Assembly (NCBI RefSeq): GCF_008831285.2
Contig: NC_045138.2
Coordinates: 19,282,001-19,346,000 of the forward strand
DNA from: Nymphaea colorata
Lineage: Eukaryota
Length of the DNA stretch: 64,000 bases
Direction: 5' to 3'
This document shows, one piece after another, positions 1 to 11,725 of the stretch. The notes under the pieces were generated by a model that made no database searches, was not told the origin of the DNA, and worked only from the letters and a program-made list of their open reading frames with translations. The first letter of the stretch is position 1; each line of letters starts with the position of its first letter. A program made the position numbers and the translations under genes.

Positions 1-59
1 GAACCGGTGTGTTAATCTTGCTCCTTCTATTCTTAATTAGGGCTCTGAACTGTTAATTT

Positions 60-720
60 GCATTGTTGAGCTCGATTTGGGGTAAATCCCCAATTTCTGT
101 GAAGAATCGACTAGAGGAGCTGCGGTCTACTCTATTCAACACCTGTTCTGAAGTGCGACAACCTGGAGGATTGAATCTCAACGAGTGACCAGTAGAGAGC
201 TCGAATTGAGGTAAAACTTGGGGCGTCTACTCCCTGGGATGTCCCCAACCTTCAGACAAAATTTCAGCTTAATCGGAGTAGAGGTCGAATTTCTGTGATT
301 TTTTGAAGTGCGACAGGTTCTGTGATCAGCAGTCTGCTACCCTGTCTTCTGCATTTGCTCAGAACAGAACCGAACTGTGTAACAGTTCGGCACCTTCATC
401 GATCAACGAGTGACACTTAGGGTGCTCAGATTGCTGCCATTTTTGGAGCGTTTGTTCCTAATCATAAGAGGAAGCTACAGTCCAAATTTCAGCTCATTCT
501 GAGCTGTGGGTGATTTTATATAGATTTTGAAGTTCGAGGCACCCGGTGAGTCATCTGAACCTGCTTGAAAGCTGCAAGATTTTCGCCTGGATGCCCAACG
601 AGTGGGCTATGGAGGATTCGGTTGGAGTCCATCTTCTGGGCATCCCTTCATAACCATTTGGAGGAGCTGCTCACCAATTTTCAAATCAATCGGAGGCCCG
701 GATGATTTTATACGAATTTT
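60..720. repeat. Degenerate ~200-bp tandem sub-repeats, probably part of an LTR-retrotransposon LTR/UTR remnant
   Basis: Recurring 'caacgagtg' (~179, ~404, ~596) and 'caaa(a/t)tttca..t.a.tc.gag' motifs (~257, ~482, ~674), each followed by 'attt.t.t..atttt'. No ORF. The TE identity is an inference. Confidence 0.4.
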
Positions 721-1989
721 AGAGTTCCGCCCCCTCCTGTGAACAGAGACAGGTGCCTCCTGCTCTTGCTTGGTCTAGTCGGACTTGTCCTGGCTTAATT
801 ATTTGGGCATCGATGTTTCAGGACTTCGATTAGCCCCCTCCAATTGATTCTGGGAGTGTTAGAGTCGGCCTTCGGCACCGTTTTTTGGCCGCAGCTGGGA
901 CCGGCCCTAGATGGTGGTAACTGTTAGCTTTTCTAGGTGCAAGTCTATTCTCAACTTCTTCCTACCTATGTGTACAGGAGTCACCAAACAGGCCACTGCA
1001 CCTAAGTTAACTTGGTTATGGCATGGTCTCTAGTTCAATTTTATAGTTGTCTTTTAGATATATATATATATATATATATAAGATTATTTTGTTTACATGA
1101 CCCTTGCTGAACCGACGTCCAAGTTCTTTTGTGATAGCCATGCTTGCACCAAACCTGCATTACGCCCATGCTTATTATTTGCCTTCTTAATGAACGAGGG
1201 TGGTTGCATGTGGAAACCCTAAGTTCATGAGTTGAAGGTGACTTTGTTATCAATGTTAACGACCGACAGACACTATCTCAAATGTAAGATCAGACTTCTG
1301 ATTTGACTGATCCTTACCTGCTCACATCCTATTTTAGTCTGACAAGGCAGACTATAAACCAGGTGACTGGGGTGGTAAGATTTACCTATATATGCTCCTG
1401 AAGAGTGAATGCAGCACATCTTTTGTTGCCTTCATATATGAGATGTTAGACATTCCATCTCGCTATCTGTACAATATACGGAGATATGTTGTATGAGGCT
1501 GGTCATCCATGTTCAAACGGATTTTGCTATTCTGTACCAGTTGTCTAGTAGTTTAAAGATATATTGAGGATGAAGTTGAATGTTTAATTGTAATATGTTA
1601 CTATACCATGTTTTAAGTGTGTACTTTCTTCTGAATGTCTTCGGTGCATGGGTACTTGGTACTTACTGTTTACACAAAAACCTGAACATCATCTCTTGCT
1701 GTTGTTAGAAACAGCAGCTTCGGTGTGCTGTATGGGAAACTGAAACACTTTAAACTGACACTTACGCTTTAGCCACCTACGCTCAAAAGATCAACCCGCA
1801 TGCCCAGACCTTCTATTATCTTAAAGGAGTATTGTTGTGGATTGGCCACTCAAGATGGACCCAACCTTTCATCTACTGGAAAGAAGTCCTCGTCGAGGTA
1901 TCCTCTTTCACAAGTCGTCCCTTTTTCTGCTTCTCATCAGCTCACACAGCATACTTGTTAAACATTTCACATCTTCTAGTAGTCAAGCT

Positions 1990-2247
1990 GAGTTTGATCC
2001 AAATTAGAGAATGGCTATGCAAACTAAAATTAAAGCATTAAAAGCTAATAAAACTTGGGATCTAGTTGAACCTCCAAATGATATTAAACCCATAAGTTGT
2101 AAGTGGGTTTACCACATCTAATACAAAGCAAATGGCCAGGTTGAAAGATTCAAGGCAAGATTAGTTGAGGGTATGCACAAGTTGAAGGTATTGATTACAA
2201 TGGAACATATGCACCAATAGCAAAGTTTGTTACGGTTGATGTCTTCT
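1990..2247 (+). mobile_element. Degraded Ty1/copia reverse transcriptase fragment
   Basis: Manual translation gives MAMQTKIKALKANKTWDLVEPPNDIKPISCKWVYHI*YKANGQVERFKARLV..GYAQVEGIDYNGTYAPIAKFVTV, the N-terminal RVT_2 motifs of copia. It has a stop and a frameshift. Confidence 0.85.
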
Positions 2248-5200
2248 ACCAATTCAGTCGGCAATTCTTGATCTAGTGGCTGGAGTTACCGATTCAAGAA
2301 ATCAGCCAATTCTTGATCTAGTGGCTGGAGTTTTGGTGCTGACTAGCTTTGGGTCATGACTCATGGCCCAGTAAAAATTCACTCATAAGCCAATCGGGCG
2401 ATTCCCAAATCTATTCCCCCGGCCAACAATAGATAAAAAGTACAGAACTGATTAGGATGAGTTTGCTTCGTCTTCGCCTGAATCTAAGTATCGACATGAC
2501 TCACGAACAGGCTTCTTTATAAAAAACAATACTAAAATAAATAGATAAAAAGTACAGAACTTATTTGTCGTACAAAAAAAAAAAACCCAGCTGGACCTTT
2601 TGGATGGGACCCCGGCCTTAGTTTTGGGCTACCAAAATAAGGGTAGCTTTTGTACTTTTATCTATCATTTAAATATTTTTTTAAAAAATAAAAAACGACT
2701 CTCATCTTTTATATTTTATTATTAAAAATATTTTATGTTTAAAATTTTATTTTATATTAAAAATTATTTTTTATTATAATCGAGTTAAGCTCGATCTCTG
2801 TTGGGTTTTCAAGCATGGAATCCGAGCTTCCATGCTCGGGTTTCAAATATTGAGCCAGCCCGAATCGGCTTTTGTGGGGGCAAGCACAATGCCCACGTGT
2901 AGTTGAAACCCAATAAGCTTTTGATAGTTATCAAGTCTGCAGCACAACAACGTCGTATAGTACTCAGCACAAACGAAGGAAATTTTCCTCTGAAAGCTTT
3001 TGAGAGATCAATAAATGTTGGCAAACCTCAAAACTATCATACTGCTGTGTAGGCAACAGCAATACTTATCAAAATTCATCTGAATTGGAAGAAATTGAAA
3101 GACAAATAGTATTTATAGGTTACAAATAACATAACACCCTTACACTAACTGGCGGGTTGACGCATTTCCCATTCTTGGACAAGTTCTAATTTACATCATA
3201 GCAGTTTAAGAAGCACATTTTATTCCATCGGGAGTGTAACCTCATGTGGTTCTATTTTCATCCTCATCTAGCTTGACAACCGCAAACCATCTTTTTTATC
3301 GCTCCTCAAAAACGAAAACTGAAAGATGATCATATAGAAACAAAATAAAGACAAATTTCAAATTTGAAACTAAGCTTCAAACTTCACAATCAGAATTTGG
3401 ACATGAAATGTACAAATTCAAAACTTAAAAGACTTCAATGATGAATTAGTAAAATGACTTAAAATTTGAAACACATAAATTTTGACTGGATTAAATTCAA
3501 ACATGAAATCAATAAGTGAAGCTTAGAAATCACAAAAATAAGGTTAGTAAGCAAATCTAATTTCATGCATAATGTCAAAATCTCAGGACTGAAATGTGAA
3601 ACTGATCTTCGAGTAAAAACAAAATAAGCACTTCAATTTTAACAAGCCTTTTGATATCAAGTACATCAACGAACCCAAAATTTTGGAAGATCAAACCTAT
3701 AAATATGATTGAAGAATCCAAAATTATGGTTAAAACATAAATTAACACAAAATGTGAAAAATTAAAACTTAACTTTGAAATATGCCCATGGAATTGAACC
3801 AAAAAGGTGAAATCCAATTAAAATTTAAAATGTGCAATTCATAAATTAGAAGTATGAAATTTTGATTGTTTTTAAGACTGATAATTGGATTCAAATCACA
3901 ATTTCAAGTTCACAAAAAACTTTCTATTTTAGTCCAATTTCAATGTTGAATTTTAAGACGTAAGCAGAAACTTAAATCCAGCATCCAGCTAAGAGCATTG
4001 ATGCTCAAGTTGGATACTACTTGGATGCAAAAGCTGGAAATCGGTTATCAGGTTTCTCGTTATCATTGAAAGTTCTTTTATCAAAATTTTCGAATTTGAT
4101 TCAAAAGTTTTTCTTGAAATTCTAATTTGAAAACCCAATGAAATTTTTGGAGATGAATAAACAACTTTGAAATTTGAAATTGTGGAAATTTAGTGTTTCA
4201 CACAAGATTTTAACAAAAGCATGGGCCATCTGACCCGTTTTACGCAAAGGAAGCATATTCATAGTGGTTTGTCAATGCTTCCCATGCACGTGAATTTACG
4301 AGTTCATAGATGAATTGGATCCTAGTAAAATATATAATTAGACGAGCATATGCACGTCATGTTGGCTATAAAATAACATAGTGATGTAAGGTCCTACTGA
4401 CTACTTTCATTATTTCAAGTACAAGCTTTCAGATATATGCAACACACCATACAAGAACAAGTATTTAAACAACACAAGATCAAGAAGTCTGAAGCAAATC
4501 ATGGAACTTGTTTCATAATGGTTCCTTATATAGAGGGATAACACAAGAGTTATATTGCAAAACATGCTGGAGAGGGAATCTTCAGCAAGAAAGAGCTAAG
4601 GAAATTAATTTAACAATTGCTAGACAAGCTCCCTGTAATAATAAACTAAGCACAAAAATATGGCTCCAGAAGACGACGAGAAAAAAGGAAACCGCAATTA
4701 CACTCTCCGCAAATACCTTGAATAGTTTAGGGGAAAAGAATACCAAGAAGAAGAAAATTGAATAGAACACAAAATAGAACATTACAAACGTGAGACGCTA
4801 ATCTAGATGGAAGAGGATCAGCAAAAGCAAAATCAGAGAAATGGGAGGAGAAATTGGGTTCCGACGACGAATTTTTGCGCAAGGGTGCTTGAGGTTCAGG
4901 TTCAAGGAATTAAGTAGAACGTATATAATAAATACAAGTGCCAAAAAAAGGGACCCGTATACATCGATCCACTATCTATTATTGATAGCTGCATGAAAAA
5001 ACAAAGGGGAAAATAACATAAAGAGAATGGCCAATGTTGAGTGGGACTTGTTTCTTTCCCCTGATTTTCACACAAGTAAACGTAGAAACACAGGTGACTC
5101 CAACAGTGAAATAAGAATAACAAAGAAAGAAATTGAAGATCCCTACTGTCGAATTTCACGGACTGCCGCAGACAAAGAAGAAAGCGAAATAGGCCGGCAT

Positions 5201-6336
5201 TAATTGAGCAAGAACATGAGAAAAGGAAAAGACCGAATCCCATTAACAAAACCGCCAACGTTATAGGAAGCTCTCAGAACCCTAATTCTCAGATAGGTAA
5301 CTGGGAAAAAGCACGAAAAGCAAGTCTCTTCGACAGATCGTCAATAAATCAAGAGAATAAACGATAAGAGGTGAAACTTGGCCAATCTCACTGACTAGCT
5401 GAGCAAGAGATAAAACAGAAATCTGAGATTAAGAAAACAATGCTTGAAAAGGCAAAATCTCAACAAGAAAACGGTTAATGTTGCTGGAAATTTGTCGTGA
5501 AAAACTACGCGATAAGCGATTGGAAGAAAGGCAGTTATTGCAAGTCTTCTTCATGATCCACAGAATTTTTCGCTACAATAAATACGATCACCATAAGCCA
5601 GCAAAAATGGAAAAAGAACAGCCAAAAAGGAAAGACGATACCTCACTGAACCGCCCAAAATCACCACCATAGGAAGAACGAAAAGTTGGGGATCAAACCT
5701 GATGCATCAGCCATCGCTGCATTGCGATCAAGAAGGAAAGGTTGCCTCGCTTCATACTGTCTAGATGAGGAGAAAGAATGTCTTGTGGTTGTGGATAGGG
5801 ATTATTATTTCTTGATGATAAAGTCTATTGGTAGGCCGACACAATCTGGAAGAAATAAGAACAACCATTAGTGAATAAACGCATATTTCTCTCCAAAATG
5901 AAAGAGAAATATGCGATCTAGAAAAGAAAGAATCCGAAAATCCAAAATGTCAACAAGATAACGATTAACGTTGCTTGAAATTTGATCTGGAAACCTTAAT
6001 TCTTCGACATGCAGCAGGAAAAAACCACAGGTATCACATGTTTCCTTCATATATCCACAAAGACTTCTCCCAATTACAAACGTTAATGCAAACAAACAAA
6101 TAGAAGAAGAGAACATAAAAGAAATCGACAAGGGATGAAACTACACCTACAAGACATCGACAACTGTTCAAGAAAAGAGAAAAATGATTACCAAAGGCCA
6201 CCAAGATCGTCAACAAAGAATCTCCAGAAATGGGTCGATCGGCAAGAATGTCAAGCAAGACTATGATTCTTTCAATCTATTTAGTTGGTGAAGAGAAGAT
6301 TACGAAAGGCCACCAAGATCGTTAGCAAAGAATCTC

Positions 6337-6373
<37 letters not shown>

Positions 6374-6692
6374 CTCCCTCTTTTCCTCCAGAAGGCGGCT
6401 GGAGTGGATTTAAAGGTGGGCAAGGCGGAAATAAATGGTTCAGACCCAGTGTCCAACATTTATTGATCCAATTAAAACGTTTCAGTTCAGAGCGGGACTG
6501 AACTGAATCAGCAAACAAAGATTATTCCGGATCCAAACTCTCTCTCGAGACGCAGTGGCAGGATCCAAACTCTCTCTCGGACGGCAAGCACGTCATCGTT
6601 GCCCCTTCGAGGCCCTGCGGAGAGGTAGTCTGTTTTAATCAGGTTCAGCCAACGTCAACTCTGTTTCTCTCCTTCTCTGTCTTACTAAAAAG

Positions 6693-7444
6693 TCGGGCGT
6701 AACCAGTCGATGTAAGCCAGGGATCTCACGGGTGGGGCCATAACCGTCCGATGCAGGTGGGTGGGCGATGATGGAGGGAATGAACGCTGCTTCTCTTGAT
6801 TTTTCTATTCCTCACCGTTTTTTGAAGAACTTCGGACCCAAACGATGTTTTTCGTTTTGTTTTCTTTGTGACATTCAAATCTCTCTCTCGCTTTCTGTGT
6901 GTCAGCCCCCATCTGCAAATTCTTTCACATTCTGTCATTGTTTGGTTCTTTCTGTAATTAACTAGAGACCACTCTGATAAACCACAATGTGGAGGCCTCA
7001 CTACTAAATTTTCAATGCCAGTGAATCAATAGCACCATTTACGAGATAGAGAGAGATTCGAATAAACAAGAAAATAAAGGGAATCAGTCATGACACATCA
7101 AATGGTGGAAGTAAAACTAGAGAGAGAGAGAGAGAGAGAAGGGAAGAGGCATACCTGTAAGTTCGTCCCGATCACTGTTTTCTTGGTCGGAAATGGTTGC
7201 TGACAGCTGTGGCCTCCATCAATAGAGAGTGCATCAGAAGAGAGTGCTGAGAATTGGGAAAAGGGGTGAAGAGCGTGAGGGAGGAGAGAGAGTGAAGTAG
7301 GGGAAATGAGCGACGAGATGGAGACCCCCTCTCCTTCTCTTTCCGTTTTCTATTTTAAAATCTAAGCCGTCCGATCGTTATCGATCGGACGGTTATGGCT
7401 CCACTCGTGAGATCCCTGACTTAACAGCCACTCGTTACGCCCGA
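6693..7444. mobile_element. Non-autonomous DNA transposon / MITE with ~60-bp terminal inverted repeats
   Basis: 6693-6752 tcgggcgtaaccagtcgatgtaagccagggatctcacgggtggggccataaccgtccgat is the near-perfect reverse complement of 7384-7444. No clear TSD seen. Confidence 0.7.
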
Positions 7445-8054
7445 ATGACCACCGGGGATGGTTCAAACAGAGAAAAGTGGAAACCCTTTGGTTCATTTGA
7501 AAAACAAGGTGCGAATCACTGAGTCGGAATCACTGAGAATCTGACCGATTTTTAAAATGTAAAATCATTTGATATAAAATATCTTTTAAAAACTAAATCA
7601 AATTAGATATTTATATATATTGAAATTTGAATCTTTTAGTTAAACATCCTATCCAAATTAAATATACTGACATCGAGAATACCATTTAATGATACGACAA
7701 CACTACAGTGCAACTGGTCTATGCCAATGATGAAGAAACATTACACTAATATATGATATATTGAGCCATGGAGTATGAGGTTAGGGCCTCTTTGTAGGAT
7801 GTTCCTTCACCCCAAAGGGCAAGTTTTTTTTTTTTTTTGCCTTTTTAAATTAACTATTAAAGTTAAAGTTGATCAATTATAATTGTTTGTTATTGAGTAA
7901 ATTAGATTCGTTCTTTGTTGCAAGATTTCCTGTTGAGAGCCACTTTTAGCAATAGGATATATATATAGTATTATAATTCAGTAATCTAACAAATACTATC
8001 TCCACCACCGGATTCCGCCCCAGCGGCGAGCGGGTTGGAGGCAGGAAAGCCGCA

Positions 8055-8250
8055 GGAGGCCCACCTCTGAACCCCCTTCCCATTTCTCACAAAAGGACGG
8101 GCCGGCGGAGGCCCTCATCTCGCCGGCGGGCGGTCCCTCACCGCCGGCCCTCCGGCGAGATTGGGGGAGGCCGCCGGTGGCCCACCCCTGAACCCCCTTC
8201 CCATTTCTCAGAAAAGGAAGGGCCGGCGGCGGCGCCTCCTCTCACCGGCG
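8055..8250. repeat. GC-rich ~120-bp tandem duplication
   Basis: ggcccacc(t/c)ctgaacccccttcccatttctca(c/g)aaaagga(c/a)gggccggcgg occurs at ~8058 and ~8179. Confidence 0.75.
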
Positions 8251-10948
8251 GGGCTGTCGCTCCGCAGCTAGCGGGGAGACCGCCGAGGGAGGAGCCCTCC
8301 TCCTCCTCCGGACGCTTTGTTTCTTAAACTATTAAAAAAAAAAATGGCCATCCGCGTGGACGGCTCAGGGTAGCCGAGTAAAGGCTCGGCTGAGTTTATG
8401 TTCTGATTCCAGGAAGACGTGATCAGATCAAACTTTACTACCGAGACCACTAATTGTGGAAGAAAATATTGGATTGTAATTAAGTTGGTAGGAAGCAATG
8501 CTGTCAAATGAGATGAAACGAAGCCATGTGTATGAAGCTAGGCGTAACCAAGTGAAGTACAAAAATTATTTAGTACAAACTTTCAGGACTCGGCGAAATT
8601 CAACCTCCGTTCCTTCAGAATTCTGGCCTACCATACACTGATACCTAAAGATTCATATCATATGCCCCACAACGGTGGAGTTGGGCAGCTTCTGGACGGA
8701 GAAGCCAGAGACGATGATGTACTAGATGAAGAAGCCTGAGCGAAAGATACCCAAGATGAAAGCTAACAATCTCACAAGTATCATTTTGATCGTCTCAGTT
8801 CACTTTGGCTGTGGGTGTTTTCGAAATGTCACCAAGTTGATGCGGCATGAAAGATGAGTCGATCGATCGCGATTGGTACTGCTCCAGAGAGACAGAGACC
8901 GCGTGATCTTACAACCATTTTGACAATCGATACTGATCATGTGAGACAAAACTGAACTTGGTTTTCACATGTAACATTGAGAAACAAATTAAGTGGTGGA
9001 TGATAGAATTGATGAGACGAATCGATAAGCTACCAAACTGGGTGCGAAATGGAAAACGACCTAACTCCCCACACAGTTCTTGCTTTCAATCGACCCGAGG
9101 CGGAGGGGAGGCAGAGGGAGGGGACTGTGGGCCCGCCCTTAAAGAAAATCCTAGCTTCCCCATGATTTCAATTATCACAATTTTTTAGTGACTCTATGAT
9201 CGCCTCTAGAATCACTTTGTGCACACAACTATCTGTTTTTTCGTGTTTTTTTTTCTTGCTGGTGCAGCACTTGAAGTCATGAGTTCTAACTGATCTCCAA
9301 TTTCTTTGCACAGGACGTCGGCGATGGTGCTTAATAGTAGAAAAAGCCGCAAACCCTCTATGTTGGTTCTCTCGCTCGCAGGAACAATGGATTTACTACT
9401 TTTACTTTTTTTATTGAGCACAATAGATGGAGGTGCAACGAGTGCTTCTTCATGCCTCGGCAGTGAAGCCTCCATCCTGCTGCGTGTCAAGGAAGGTCTC
9501 CACTTGTCCAATGGAAGGCTAAGTTCATGGGGCGGAAATGAATCTAACTGCTGCTTGTGTGAGGGAGTTGAATGCAATCCCCAAACTGGACGCATCATCG
9601 GCCTTCAACTTCAGGGTAGAACTACCAGTGAAAGTACTCGTGTTTTCTTGGATATTGATCCTAAATTGGAATTCCATGAGTACAATGAGCTTAAGGTCAA
9701 TGGTCATGCCGACGCTTGTGATATTTCAGGATCAAGAGTACCTCCGGCTCTTTTTGAGCTCCACCATCTCCAGCGCCTTGACCTCTGTGACTTCAACGGG
9801 TCTGCCATACCTTCACAGCTTGCCCAGCTCACCCACTTAACCCATCTTAATCTCTCCCGTGCTTGGTTTTCTGGTCAGGTTCCTTGGGAGATTTCAAAAT
9901 TGTCTAACTTGGTTTCCTTAGACCTCTCCTACATTTAACGCTTATATTTTGATGTCCAAGAAACTATGTTTCATGATTTTCCACTAGATAACTTAGCATT
10001 AGAGGATCTAGAAGGTTTCGTGAAGAACTTCAAGCATTTAAAGTACCTGCACTTGGATTATGTCTGTATCGAACTGCGTAACTCACAAACGTGGAGCATC
10101 AGCTTGTCAGCGGCATTGCCCAATCTACTGTTCCTTAGTTTAGCTTGTTGTGATCTTCATGGCAGTCTTTCTCCTCATATTTTCAGGCTCCCGAATCTTC
10201 AAGCTCTTGATCTATCGTACAATGATCCAAATGGAACATTAATGCCATCGTTTTTTCCCCCAGAGAGCAATCTCCAATTTCTACGTCATGTAGTGACCAG
10301 CCTGTCTGGCCACCTACCATCTGAACTGTTTGATCTTCCACTCTTGAAGGTTCTTGATTTGACTTATAGATATCGTTTGAGTGGTCTACTACCTACCAAA
10401 TTACCAAAGAGTAAGCTCCAAATTCTTAAGCTCCCTAACATTATGCTGTCAGGAAGCCTTCCAAATTGGATTGGTAACCTTACATCCTTAGTTGAGCTAG
10501 ATCTTTCTGGTACTCATCTCTCTGGTAGCTTACCTGGCACAATTGGTAACCTTAGATGCCTAAGGTCATTGGATCGTTTTAATACAAATTTGTCTGGCAA
10601 CCTCCCTACCACAATAGGAGAGCATTGACACACTTGGATCTTCATAATACTGGTCTATCCGGCAACCTTCCTATCACAATGGCAAATCTTACGGCTTTAA
10701 CGCACTTGGATATTTCTGGTACTATTTTCTCTGGTAATCTTCCTATCGCAATGGCAAATCTTACAGCTTTAACACACTTGAATCTTTCTGGCACTCGTTT
10801 CTCAGGTAGTCTTCCTATTATGCTAGGAAGACTTATAACCTTAAGTCACTTGGATTTGAGGGGCTGCAAGTTTACAAGCATAGACTCCTCACTCTGCCAA
10901 CCTCACCCACCTAATTTACTTTGATCTTTCTAGAAACATGTTCAGTGG

Positions 10949-11636
10949 TGTTGGGTCGGGTCCAGCCTCAAAAGAGGACCCGACCCGGCCCGTCACTTAA
11001 GTGACGGGCGGGTGAAGGAGAAGGCACCCGATGGTGCCCCTCCCTCTTATGACGCCTCACACATCTCTCTCTCTCGTTTTTCATTTGGGGAAAAAGAAGA
11101 GGGTTTTCTCTTGTGGCTGCTCACATCAAGAGGAGAGGAAGAAGAGAAAGGCAAGGAGGAGAAGAAGGAGAAATCGCAGCAAGGTGCGTGGGTCGATTGG
11201 CACGCCAAGAAGAAAGAGGAAAGACAAAGAAGAAAGAGAAAATGAAGGGAGTCTTCATTGGGTGATTTCTTTCTTGAATCTTTGGGGCTCTTTCTTTCAT
11301 TCGTATAAGAGATTGTTATTGCTCTCTTGAGTTCACTGTTTTTCTTAAAACAGTAGGGATATTGTTGCTCGTGTATTTGGCTCCCTTTCTTGATATATAG
11401 AAAGTCTCTCTTGCCCGTGGTTTTTTACCCTATTATTGGGGGTTTTTTCACGTAAATTGGTGTCTCCTTTTTCTTGCATCTCTAGCATATATTTTGATAT
11501 ATATTGCTGCAACATTGGTGTTGGAATCTCGATCTTATGCACGCTGCCCTGTAATTCCGTTTTTCAGTAGTTTTGTGGTGGTTTGCCCTATTTTATTGTT
11601 GTTGAAGCATTCTTGTTGGGGGACACGACTATAACA
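10949..11636 (+). repeat. 5' LTR
   Basis: Starts TGTTGGG and ends ATAACA; 688 bp; about 5 substitutions versus the 3' LTR by eye. Confidence 0.97.
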
Positions 11637-11639
11637 AAG

Positions 11640-11657
11640 TGGTATCAGAGACAGGTT
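11640..11657 (+). promoter_or_regulatory. Primer binding site complementary to the 3' end of tRNA-iMet
   Basis: TGGTATCAGAGACAGGTT versus the plant iMet complement TGGTATCAGAGCCAGGTT (1 mismatch), 3 nt after the 5' LTR. Confidence 0.92.
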
Positions 11658-11725
11658 AGCACCAGGTTAGCACCAAGTTAGCGCCAGGTTAGCGCCAGCG
11701 TGGTTGTGAACATTCTTATTAAAGG

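Noticed and set aside
3300..4200. AT-rich aaatttgaaa-type region loosely resembling 26200-27050 in reverse
   Set aside because: The similarity may be only compositional and cannot be aligned confidently by eye.
4500..6560. Cluster of short ORFs and short direct repeats (ggccaccaagatcgt; ggatccaaactctctctcg)
   Set aside because: Compositionally biased frames with no family motifs; probably TE-derived or non-coding, and I could not classify it.
9212..9840. Antisense and alternative-frame ORFs conserved across the RLP copies (also 32183, 33160, 42821, 46090)
   Set aside because: Shadows of the duplicated RLP coding sequence; their conservation is explained by paralogy.
11012..11542. ORFs of 65-99 aa at 11012/11031/11345, repeated at 15850/15869/16183
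   Set aside because: They lie inside the two LTRs and are low-complexity purine-rich frames, not genes.
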